Of a DNA stretch of 64,000 nt, positions 19,503-27,559 are shown piece after piece; within the stretch, counting starts at the first letter, position 1, and each line of letters opens with the position of its first letter. Source of the stretch: an uncultured Candidatus Poseidoniales archaeon (GTDB taxonomy: Archaea; Thermoplasmatota; Poseidoniia; Poseidoniales; Poseidoniaceae); contig CAXHEV010000005.1 in assembly GCA_964015875.1 (NCBI GenBank), forward strand, positions 1,143 through 65,142. Direction: 5' to 3'. The notes under the pieces were generated by a model. It was not told where the DNA came from. It searched no databases and saw only the letters and a list, made by a program, of their open reading frames with translations. Position numbers and translations under genes: made by a program.

Positions 19503-20300
19503 TCACTCAAACGGATCGATGTGAACAATCTGTTCCACATCGATTCTCTTGTAACCCCTTTCCCTGGCTGATTCTGCAGCCTTGCTGAGCATTGCTCGCA
19601 TCCATCCAAGCGACATCAGCGTCTTCATTCGGCCGATGGATTCGATGAACTGTACGGGATTACCACCGAGTTGTGCATGCTTACGGATGTCCGATTCCAG
19701 CTGTTCAACCACCATGTAGTATGTTTCCAGTAGTTCTTCGACAGCATCACGGGTTACCGGCATTTTGGCGTGAGTCTTCGCCAGCGCCAGTAACGTGGAT
19801 TCTGTGAGTACGCCGCCTCCTTGGCTGACGACGAAGTCTTCGGTTGGAACCGATTCCATTGTCTCGCCGTCCTCGTCTTCGTTTTCTAGCCCCATACCTT
19901 GGATGGCGATTTCGAGGTGGCGTGGTTTGATGGTGGCTACTCGATCTTTCTCCGCCGCTGCTTCTGCATGTTTAATCAAAGCTGCAAGGTGGCGTTCAAT
20001 ATGTTCAATCCCTGCTTGAACAGCTGCTGAACCTACCGATTCGACAGCATCCAACTGATCGATCATTAGTTCGCGGGTGCGGTTGTAATTCAAGCGAGTT
20101 CGATGTGCATCGTCAAGTGTTTTCCTGTCTGGGTCTTGGGCAAGAGTTGCTTGTTCCATCTCTGGGACGAGGCGTTCAATCTCTTCACAAATGAGTTCGA
20201 CAAGCCGTTGTTTGACGGCACCTGCAAGACGCATTTCTGTGTAATTCGATGCCACCGCACCGATGTGTCCGGAGGAATAGGGCTTGGCCATAACCCCCAC
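19503..20300 (-). CDS. Hypothetical protein with two histone-fold-like halves (possible tandem histone-fold / H2A-like 'PRHLxxAI' motif).
   Basis: The N-terminal half ends in RVATIKPRHLEIAIQGMG (compare H2A …IIPRHLQLAIRNDEEL). An acidic linker ENEDEDGE follows. The C-terminal half (…MPVTRDAVEELLETYYMVVEQLESDIRKHAQ…RGYKRIDVEQIVHI) again follows an alpha1-L1-alpha2-L2-alpha3 pattern and ends like the histone L2/alpha3 motif (KR.I..EDV). 265 aa. Confidence 0.4.
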   Translation of the reverse strand: MGVMAKPYSSGHIGAVASNYTEMRLAGAVKQRLVELICEEIERLVPEMEQATLAQDPDRKTLDDAHRTRLNYNRTRELMIDQLDAVESVGSAAVQAGIEHIERHLAALIKHAEAAAEKDRVATIKPRHLEIAIQGMGLENEDEDGETMESVPTEDFVVSQGGGVLTESTLLALAKTHAKMPVTRDAVEELLETYYMVVEQLESDIRKHAQLGGNPVQFIESIGRMKTLMSLGWMRAMLSKAAESARERGYKRIDVEQIVHIDPFE

Positions 20301-20346
20301 TCGGGAGGAGGCATATTGAACACTATGGTCGCTGAAGATGGACTTT

Positions 20347-20613
20347 TCATTCCGTAAGCCCGTCTTCCCTGCTCATGGCTTGAGATATCTCCCAAGCATG
20401 AAGGCATTCATGGCCACCGAGGAATCCACCAGCCTCTCGACTGGGCCCTACGAATTCTGAGCCACAAAATTGACAGAAGACCGCAACGATTGGTTCGTTG
20501 TAGTAGGTGCCGTTTGGCGTGCTGCGTTTTGGTATTCTCTTACCCACATCTTCATGTGTCCATCCCTCAAGTTTCTCGCAAATATCATTGTCAATCTGTT
20601 CTTGTTCCGTCAT
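20347..20613 (-). CDS. Hypothetical small Cys/His-containing protein.
   Basis: Start chosen at MTEQEQ (ATG at 20613), 2 nt after the M24 peptidase stop. Possible metal-binding residues DICEKLEGWTHE … CQFCGSE … HECLHAW. No family recognised. Confidence 0.35.
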   Translation of the reverse strand: MTEQEQIDNDICEKLEGWTHEDVGKRIPKRSTPNGTYYNEPIVAVFCQFCGSEFVGPSREAGGFLGGHECLHAWEISQAMSREDGLTE

Positions 20614-20615
20614 GT

Positions 20616-21890
20616 TCACCACTCCGTGATGGCTGGCCAAAGGCCGTCTGCTGTGAGGGGGCGCATGCCATCCTCATCTCGAATCCACGTGTCTTCTGTG
20701 CCGATACTACCTTCGATGTGAACCACTTTTGGTTCGATGGCCATTGTAGCTCCGATTGGCATTGGTCGTTCAAACCCAGCCGCAACCACTGGAGACTCGT
20801 CAAGTTGGAGTCCGACTGAATGGCCAAGGAATCTGCTCTGGTCGGGCGCCATACCCATCAAATGAGAAGCATGACCAAGTTCCTTGGCCAATTCAAACCC
20901 TTCATGCCATGCTTCGCTGCATAAACCTCCACGATCAAGGACATCGACAACCGTATCCTTGACGGCAACCATATCTTCCAAACGTGAAGTCCATACTTCA
21001 TCAAGACGACCTGCGACAAACATTCGCGTCATGTCCACAATGTAGCCTCGGTGAGCGTGAACGAGGTCGACCAAGACGGGTTCGTTTGCTTTAATCCGCG
21101 TAAAGCCAGAACCCATCCCGTTGAGTGGATGGGCTCCAGTTCCGCCAACAGCGGAATCGAAGAAGGAAGGAATGCCTCCTGCCCTTCCAGCAACAATAAC
21201 TCCACGGTCGCATGAAAGTGGGAAGCGACGCATATACACTTGACCACCAAAACCTTCTGAGCGACTTACTGCTTCTGCTGCAGCAACCAATTCGAGTTCA
21301 GTGACCCCTTCTCCGCCGACAGCTTGTACCGCCTCAAACATCCTGAGTTGTACGTCAGCGGCTGAGTTGAATTGCTCTTGTTCCCATGTCGATTTTACCT
21401 CACGCTGGCCGTGAATTATTCCTGTTACATCGGGGCAATCGCCTAGCGGTGAAAGAGCATTAACAAATCGATCTGAATATGTCTTGGGCACTTCTCCAAA
21501 CTGAAGCCCGGGTGCGTCTGAAGCACCTCGCTGTGAAAGGATTTCGGCAAATTCCTTCATTCTTGGAAAGGGGAGAACTTCGTGCGGGCAATCATCACCA
21601 CCACCCTCGAACTTCGCTCGTTGTAGCGAGCGTCGGACGAACAGCACTGGGCCATTTCCGCCTGCCTCAACACTACCTCCAGTCCCTTTGGCAGGGATGT
21701 AAAGCGAAGCATTTTGTCGGCCACCCGAGAAATAATACAAATCAAGGGGGTGTTGAATCAATGCTCCTGCAATTCCGGCATCCTGAAGCAATCGCCCAAG
21801 TTCCGATTGGCGGGCTTCGAGTTCAGAAGAAGGTACGCGCCAATCTTCACCTTCAGGGCCCGACAAATCTGCCACATGCCAACCGGTCAT
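20616..21890 (-). CDS. M24-family metallopeptidase (Xaa-Pro aminopeptidase / creatinase-like).
   Basis: Pita-bread fold metal-ligand motifs (…VDMTRMFVAGR…, HSVGLQLDESP, …AIEPKVV…E). A creatinase-like N-terminal domain is present. 424 aa. Confidence 0.8.
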   Translation of the reverse strand: MTGWHVADLSGPEGEDWRVPSSELEARQSELGRLLQDAGIAGALIQHPLDLYYFSGGRQNASLYIPAKGTGGSVEAGGNGPVLFVRRSLQRAKFEGGGDDCPHEVLPFPRMKEFAEILSQRGASDAPGLQFGEVPKTYSDRFVNALSPLGDCPDVTGIIHGQREVKSTWEQEQFNSAADVQLRMFEAVQAVGGEGVTELELVAAAEAVSRSEGFGGQVYMRRFPLSCDRGVIVAGRAGGIPSFFDSAVGGTGAHPLNGMGSGFTRIKANEPVLVDLVHAHRGYIVDMTRMFVAGRLDEVWTSRLEDMVAVKDTVVDVLDRGGLCSEAWHEGFELAKELGHASHLMGMAPDQSRFLGHSVGLQLDESPVVAAGFERPMPIGATMAIEPKVVHIEGSIGTEDTWIRDEDGMRPLTADGLWPAITEW

Positions 21891-21997
21891 TGGTTGACTG
21901 TGAATGGCGGCTGTTCAAAATGACTCCTATCGCTTCAGCCTGAAAAGGCCAATGGGCAAACCGTCGAAGGAGGATGTTGTCAACCGATGCAACAGAT

Positions 21998-22765
21998 TCA
22001 GACCTGTACTTCGGGTGCAACCCAAACTTCAGTTGATTGAATTCTTTGTTCTGCAATTTCACAGTAGTCCGGAGATAGGTCGACGCCGACATAGGTTCGC
22101 CCGGTTGCTTTCGCTGCTACGCAGGTCGAGCCTGAACCATTGAACGGGTCAAGCACGACGTCGCCGACAAAGCTGTACATTTCGATGCAGCGTTTTGGTA
22201 GTTCAACGGGGAATGGAGCCGGATGGTTCACGCGTGAAGCTCGTTCTGTAGGAAATGACCAAATCGATTTTGTGTGCTTAATGAAGTCGTCTCTTGGGAT
22301 GGTGTCAATACGTCCTTCTGCCCGCTCTTTTTTGTCGCGTTTCAGTTTGTAGTCGCCCTTTGAGAACACCAAGAGGTATTCATGAACATCACGTAAACAC
22401 GGGTTGCTTGCGCTTTGGAATGAGCCCCAGGCACAAGAAGATCCAGCGCTTGCTGATTTGTCCCAGATAATTTCGCCACGCATCAAAAATCCAATCTCGG
22501 TCATCATGACGTTGATGTGACTTGAAAGTGGAATGTATGGCTTGCGACCAAGATTGGCGACATTGATGACCATTCGACCTCCAGGGGCAAGAACTCGGTA
22601 GCATTCTGCAAACACACCGTAGAGAAGATCGAGGTATTCAGCAAGAGAGAGGTCTTCATCGTATTCTTTGCTGGCATTGTAGGGTGGCGAGGTCACCACA
22701 AGGTGAACACAGTTGTCTGGCAGGTCAAGGTTTCGAGAGTCTCCAACGATGATGCTGTTTGCCAT
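21998..22765 (-). CDS. DNA methyltransferase, beta-class (N4-cytosine or N6-adenine), with no cognate restriction gene nearby.
   Basis: Motif IV LVVTSPPYN followed by motif I DPFNGSGSTCVAAK, which is the beta permutation. Start set at the internal ATG (MANSIIVGDSRN…). The 63 codons upstream in the track ORF are Arg/Ser-rich low complexity and probably not translated. Confidence 0.8.
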   Translation of the reverse strand: MANSIIVGDSRNLDLPDNCVHLVVTSPPYNASKEYDEDLSLAEYLDLLYGVFAECYRVLAPGGRMVINVANLGRKPYIPLSSHINVMMTEIGFLMRGEIIWDKSASAGSSCAWGSFQSASNPCLRDVHEYLLVFSKGDYKLKRDKKERAEGRIDTIPRDDFIKHTKSIWSFPTERASRVNHPAPFPVELPKRCIEMYSFVGDVVLDPFNGSGSTCVAAKATGRTYVGVDLSPDYCEIAEQRIQSTEVWVAPEVQV

Positions 22766-23061
22766 TGTTGGGGGGAGAGATTGTTCAACGCCAACCTCTC
22801 GGCTCGAAACCAAACCCTCGTTCACTCTGCTTCCATAGTAAGTGGACGCGTCGTGACCCTCTCGACGTGAAACGCCGAACGACGAGGTGCTTGTGCTGGC
22901 GCGGCGGCGTGCTCCTTCCAGCGATGTGTCCCTTTCGGGTGCCTCGCGCGCCATCCTTCGGAAGCGGTGTTCGCGGCTATATCACCTTTCGGACAACTGA
23001 CCGGCCGAACACGCGCGGTTTGCAAGTGGTTATCGATGACCACAAAGGTTTGATTTGATGC

Positions 23062-24357
23062 GTGGGGATGAAAAACCGACAGCACTTGGACTGGATAATG
23101 GCGAGTGTTCTTACCCTCGGACATGTCAATGTTGAAGGGCGTACAGTCATCGTTCGAGTGGACATCAATTCCCCGATGGCTCCGGACCAATCCTTCTTGG
23201 ATGACACCAGAATCAAGGCCATTGTTCCAACACTTAATCGTCTTTCAAAGGCCAAAGTCGTGCTCCTTGCACATCAATCTAGGCCCGGCAAAAAGGATTT
23301 TACAAGCACATTAGGGCACTCGAGAGAACTTGGACGAATCCTTGGACGGCCTGTGAAGTGGGTTGAGGACCTGGCAGGAGACAAGGCCATGGCTGCCATT
23401 GAAAGCCTCGAGGTTGGCGAGATCCTCATGCTCAACAACGTCAGAATGTACGATGAAGAGATCAAGACCAAAGGCACCTTTGACGTGATGGCTGAAACAC
23501 AAATGGTACAGAAGTTGGCAAGCGTTGCAGACCTGTATGTCTACGACGCTTTTGCATGCGCCCACCGTGCAACACCATCGGGTGTTGGATTCACAAACCT
23601 CATCCCTTGTGTTGCTGGAGAACTGATGGCAAATGAAATACAAAAACTCGACAAAGCTCTTGAAAATCCTGCTCGCCCGTGCATCGCCGTGCTTGGTGGC
23701 GTGAAGGTCGATGACTCAATTGCTGTTGCCGATAATATGCTTCGAAACAATATTTGTGACGAGGTGTGGGTCACCGGGGGTGTGGCGAACCTTATGCTCG
23801 AATTGGTCGGCCACGATATCGGTCTTGTCAACCATGATTTCTTGGTGGGCGAACTTGGTAAGCAATGGAATCCCACTGTTGAGAAGGCCAAATCATTGCT
23901 CCTCGACTTTTCTGAACAGATTCGACTCCCGGTTGACGTCGCTGCAAACATTGCAGATAATCGAGTTGATCTTTCCCTTGACCAACTGCCGGTCTCAGCC
24001 CCAATCTTTGATTTGGGAATCCAATCAATTCGTAATCTCTCGATGGCAATAAAAGCCGCAGGAACCGTCCATCTGAACGGGCCTGCTGGCGTCTTTGAAT
24101 TACCTGATTTTGCACTTGGGACCATTGAGATGCTCAACGCATGTGCGGAATCTAATGCCTACGTCGTTGTTGGTGGCGGCCATACTGCAACCCTCATCAT
24201 GAAGCGAAATCTTGCCACAAAAATGGGCCATGTATCGACTGGCGGTGGTGCTTGCCTTGACTACATCTCCGGACGGAGTTTACCCGCCGTAGCAAGCCTC
24301 GAAGCGAGTGCTAAAGCCTTCTCGATGAGGTCTGAATCCTCAATCAATACTCAGTAA
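23062..24357 (+). CDS. pgk: Phosphoglycerate kinase (archaeal type).
   Basis: N-terminal substrate-binding pattern (…RTVIVRVDINSPM…), hinge and ATP-binding C-domain (…VVVGGGHTATL…). The track start at 23062 is GTG; in-frame ATGs lie at 23068 and 23098. Confidence 0.9.
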   Translation: MGMKNRQHLDWIMASVLTLGHVNVEGRTVIVRVDINSPMAPDQSFLDDTRIKAIVPTLNRLSKAKVVLLAHQSRPGKKDFTSTLGHSRELGRILGRPVKWVEDLAGDKAMAAIESLEVGEILMLNNVRMYDEEIKTKGTFDVMAETQMVQKLASVADLYVYDAFACAHRATPSGVGFTNLIPCVAGELMANEIQKLDKALENPARPCIAVLGGVKVDDSIAVADNMLRNNICDEVWVTGGVANLMLELVGHDIGLVNHDFLVGELGKQWNPTVEKAKSLLLDFSEQIRLPVDVAANIADNRVDLSLDQLPVSAPIFDLGIQSIRNLSMAIKAAGTVHLNGPAGVFELPDFALGTIEMLNACAESNAYVVVGGGHTATLIMKRNLATKMGHVSTGGGACLDYISGRSLPAVASLEASAKAFSMRSESSINTQ

Positions 24358-24359
24358 TT

Positions 24360-24435
24360 TGGAGCCACTGGGGAGGTTCGAACTCCCGACCTCCTGATTA
24401 CGAATCAGGTGCTATACCAGCTAAGCCACAGTGGC
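24360..24435 (-). tRNA. tRNA-Thr (anticodon CGU), including the encoded 3' CCA.
   Basis: The reverse complement folds as a canonical cloverleaf. Acceptor GCCACUG/CAGUGGC, D-arm GCU…AGC, anticodon stem CCUGA/UCAGG with loop UUCGUAA, T-arm GGGAG-UUCGAAC-CUCCC. Discriminator U73, then CCA. Confidence 0.85.
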
Positions 24436-24518
24436 GTATGTGATGGGCGGTGACTCGTGAACATAAGCAAGACGGTTGAGAGGCCAGCGTTGATGAGGGG
24501 GCGGCACCACCACCACCC

Positions 24519-25778
24519 ATGGGCGACGATGCTGCGGTGAGGTATCGCAACACCGTACTTGTTGACGAAAGCGGAAACAAGCATCTCGGCGATGTGCTTC
24601 TGCACAGCGACGGAGCATGGTCTGTATCCAATGGTGACGAGGATGTCAAACAGGAGGTGGATGGCTCCAACCGACTCATCACACGAAGTTTGCAAAACTG
24701 GCACACGCACTTGGCCATGCAGTTGAATGCACGAGATTTCAGTGATGGTTTTCCACTTCATCGTTGGCTAAATGAAGCAATTTTCCCCACTGAGGCGAAG
24801 ATTACACCTGAGTTTGTTCGTGTTGGATCCCAAGCTGCCGCCGCAGAGATGATCAAAACCGGAAGCTCGTTTGCGGCGGACATGTACTTCTATCCTGCAG
24901 TCACCGGGAAAGTGCTTGAAGATGCAGGTTTGCGAGGATTGATTGGAGGGCCTGTCAGTGATGCAGCACTGCCATCTCATGAGGATGCGGCATCTGCACT
25001 GGATGAACTTGATGGGTTGCTCAAAAATCAATCTCCGCTTGATAACATCCAATACGCCATCGCCACCCATTCAGTCTATCTTTGCAGCGAAGACACCCTG
25101 CGAAGAGCATCTGAACTGGCAGAGCACCGTGATGGTCGTTTGCACATCCATGTCAGCGAGACAAGGAAAGAAGTAGCTGAATGCCATGAGAAAACTGGGA
25201 TGTATCCTGTCGAATACCTCGACAGTTTGGACTTCTTCAAACCCGGAACGGTGTGTGCTCACGCCTCATGGGTCAAGAAAAACGAGATTCGTACGCTGGC
25301 TCAACACGGCGTCACAGCAGTCCATTGTCCCTCGTCCAATATGAAATTGGCCTGCGGTGGAACGCTATCATTGCCTGCTTACAATGAAGCGGGCGTCGAT
25401 GTTCGCCTCGGAACCGATGGCGCAGCCTCATCGGGGAGTGGTTTGGACGTGCTAGCGGAGGCGCGATTAGCCGCTCTGGTTCAACGTCATGACCACTGGG
25501 ACCCAACGCTGATGACCGCCCAAGATGCATTCCAGATGGCGACCAAAGGCAGCAAAGATTGGGCTGTTTGGAACATTGATGACATTCGAATGCGTCCTGT
25601 TGGCCGCTCGAATAATCGCCACATCACCAACCTGCTGTTTAACGGTGCCACGTGCCTTGACTTATGGGTCGATGGACAAGCACTCAGGTTTGATGGAACT
25701 ACTACTGCGGTTGATGAGCGACAGGCATGGACCGAATTAGATCTTGCCGTTCAATCGTATTACGATGGCGTAGAATGA
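24519..25778 (+). CDS. Amidohydrolase-superfamily deaminase (5'-methylthioadenosine/S-adenosylhomocysteine deaminase MtaD-like).
   Basis: Metal-binding HxH (LQNWHTHLAM), HIHVSET, HCPSSNMKLACG, and the LGTDGAAS Asp motif. 419 aa. Confidence 0.75.
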   Translation: MGDDAAVRYRNTVLVDESGNKHLGDVLLHSDGAWSVSNGDEDVKQEVDGSNRLITRSLQNWHTHLAMQLNARDFSDGFPLHRWLNEAIFPTEAKITPEFVRVGSQAAAAEMIKTGSSFAADMYFYPAVTGKVLEDAGLRGLIGGPVSDAALPSHEDAASALDELDGLLKNQSPLDNIQYAIATHSVYLCSEDTLRRASELAEHRDGRLHIHVSETRKEVAECHEKTGMYPVEYLDSLDFFKPGTVCAHASWVKKNEIRTLAQHGVTAVHCPSSNMKLACGGTLSLPAYNEAGVDVRLGTDGAASSGSGLDVLAEARLAALVQRHDHWDPTLMTAQDAFQMATKGSKDWAVWNIDDIRMRPVGRSNNRHITNLLFNGATCLDLWVDGQALRFDGTTTAVDERQAWTELDLAVQSYYDGVE

Positions 25779-25780
25779 AC

Positions 25781-26320
25781 TCATTGCTGTCGAATGAGGA
25801 GGATGCCTGCTCCTTCTGCGATGATAAGGAAGAGGTAGCCTGCTGCGCTTAGCGTGAGGTTAATCGAATAATCGAGATTGAGTTCGGTTCCTTCTGGAAG
25901 CACGCCTTCCTTTGTTCCAATTCCTGCGAAGAATTCGCCCGATTCGACTCGCCAGTCTAAGCCTTCAACTTCGTTATCACCAGCGGCCTCGTAGCCTTGA
26001 TCCCCATAGGTACACGTCTTGCTGTTGGTGTCAAATCCGCTTAGAACTCCACCATTTTGTGCAATGTCGTCGCATTGTTTCTTTTTATCACCATCAGCAA
26101 TGACGAGAAAAACATCATCTCGGTCCCATTTGATGTTCGTATCTGCATTGATGACGAGGGATGCAGGGTTGCCTGGGAGCGCATCTTCAGAGAAGAACAC
26201 CAAACCTTGCACGTTCGGTGTTGGTACATCATCAACGGTTCCTTCCAAGGTGTATCCTACTGTGCCGCCGAGCAGCAAGAAGGTTGAAACAACGATAAGA
26301 GCCAATCCTGTTTTTTTCAT
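25781..26320 (-). CDS. Hypothetical secreted protein with N-terminal signal peptide and C-terminal TM anchor.
   Basis: MKKTGLALIVVSTFLLLGG signal-like N-terminus. Thr/Asp/Gly-rich body. C-terminal hydrophobic helix AAGYLFLIIAEGAGILLI followed by RQQ. Confidence 0.45.
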   Translation of the reverse strand: MKKTGLALIVVSTFLLLGGTVGYTLEGTVDDVPTPNVQGLVFFSEDALPGNPASLVINADTNIKWDRDDVFLVIADGDKKKQCDDIAQNGGVLSGFDTNSKTCTYGDQGYEAAGDNEVEGLDWRVESGEFFAGIGTKEGVLPEGTELNLDYSINLTLSAAGYLFLIIAEGAGILLIRQQ

Positions 26321-26332
26321 AGCCTCACTTCC

Positions 26333-27514
26333 TCAAATCAAAAAGAAAGCCGCACCAAGGATGATGTAGCTTGCAAGAAGCATGGCGCCTTCGAGCCAGT
26401 TTGTTTTCCCATCAGAAACAATTGAATTAGCTACAAGCACAGAAATGAAGGTCGCTGCAGTTTCTAACACTCCAAATTCAAGCGTCAGATTAACTTCGAG
26501 AATCCAGGCCAAGATGACCATGACAGGGGCGACGAAAAGAGCGATTTGGACGCTCGAGCCAATAGCGATTGCAATCGCCAAATCCATCTTGTCTTTTCCG
26601 GCTACGATGACGGCTGCGAAGTGCTCAGCAGCGTTGCCAAAGAATGGGAGCAAGATCACACCTACGAACAATTCAGGAACGCCCAAATCGTGAACGGCAC
26701 CCTCAAGGTTGTGAACGAGAATATGGGCCATCCAACCAACAAAAGCGGTTGAAGCAATCAACAGGATCCACGCGTCCTTGATGCTCATGGTTGGGTGTTC
26801 ATGGGTGCCATGGCCTGCTTCTGCTGCAAAGACATCAGCGTGAGTTTTCAATTGGAAGAGAAGGGCAAGTCCATAGATAACCAGAAGGATGATTGCAGCA
26901 AAGCGGGAGACATCTCGAATCGCATCACTTGTGTCGACGCCCATCATGCCAACAGCGCTCGGTATAATGAGGGCCAAAATAGCGAGCAACAGTAACGAGC
27001 CGTTCATCTGGCCAGCGTCCTTGTTGAAATGCTGAATCTTGTGGTTGATGCCGCCCCAAACCATGGCAAGACCCAGCACCAGCAAGAGGTTCCCCAGAAT
27101 GGAGCCTATCAAGGAGGCTTGAGTCACTTCAATCATCGTTTCAATCGTGGCTTCATTCGTTGATTTCGATGCCGCATAAAGAGCAAGACCTGCGATAATC
27201 ATCTCAACTGCGTTTCCAAAAGTGGCGTTGAGAAGACCGCCAATCGCTTCTCCTGTTCGCAAGGCAATCTCTTCGGTTGCTTTGCCCATGAGGAAGGCCA
27301 ATGGCATGATCGCAACCATTGAGAAGATAAACGCAAGAGCTACGTTGTGCTGGTGATTCATGAAAAGAGCAACTGGAGCCGCAAGTAAGAGCCAGTTGAG
27401 TTTATTTTTCATGGGGTTGAATGAATCAAGTAGGTTGTCAAGGGCCACCTCGACGTGTTCTGAAGGTTCGTCTTTAGTGGCCTCATTCGAGGTAGCGGAA
27501 TCGCCCATGCTCAA
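26333..27514 (-). CDS. Ca2+/cation:proton antiporter (CaCA family, ChaA/CAX-like).
   Basis: Two alpha-repeat signatures (GNAVEMIIAG and GNAAEHFAAV) lie in separate ~5-TM halves separated by a His/Asp-rich loop. 393 aa. Confidence 0.8.
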   Translation of the reverse strand: MSMGDSATSNEATKDEPSEHVEVALDNLLDSFNPMKNKLNWLLLAAPVALFMNHQHNVALAFIFSMVAIMPLAFLMGKATEEIALRTGEAIGGLLNATFGNAVEMIIAGLALYAASKSTNEATIETMIEVTQASLIGSILGNLLLVLGLAMVWGGINHKIQHFNKDAGQMNGSLLLLAILALIIPSAVGMMGVDTSDAIRDVSRFAAIILLVIYGLALLFQLKTHADVFAAEAGHGTHEHPTMSIKDAWILLIASTAFVGWMAHILVHNLEGAVHDLGVPELFVGVILLPFFGNAAEHFAAVIVAGKDKMDLAIAIAIGSSVQIALFVAPVMVILAWILEVNLTLEFGVLETAATFISVLVANSIVSDGKTNWLEGAMLLASYIILGAAFFLI

Positions 27515-27559
27515 TTGCAGCTCGCAAGAGGCCTTGAGGTCACCGCATAAACAGGAGCG

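Noticed and set aside
19795-20019. Small + strand ORFs inside the histone-fold-like gene and other 60-120-aa ORFs scattered through the track
   Set aside because: They are embedded in longer, better-supported ORFs on the opposite strand or frame, with no start-context support. Treated as noise.
22766-22954. Arg/Ser-rich 63-codon extension at the 5' end of the DNA methyltransferase ORF
   Set aside because: Low-complexity composition, no SD/TATA context, and a conserved-looking MTase N-terminus at the internal ATG. It was treated as untranslated leader rather than a domain, though this is flagged in the findings as uncertain.
23541-24137. 198-aa minus-strand ORF
   Set aside because: Antisense to pgk. 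Ser/Ala/Arg-rich shadow ORF.
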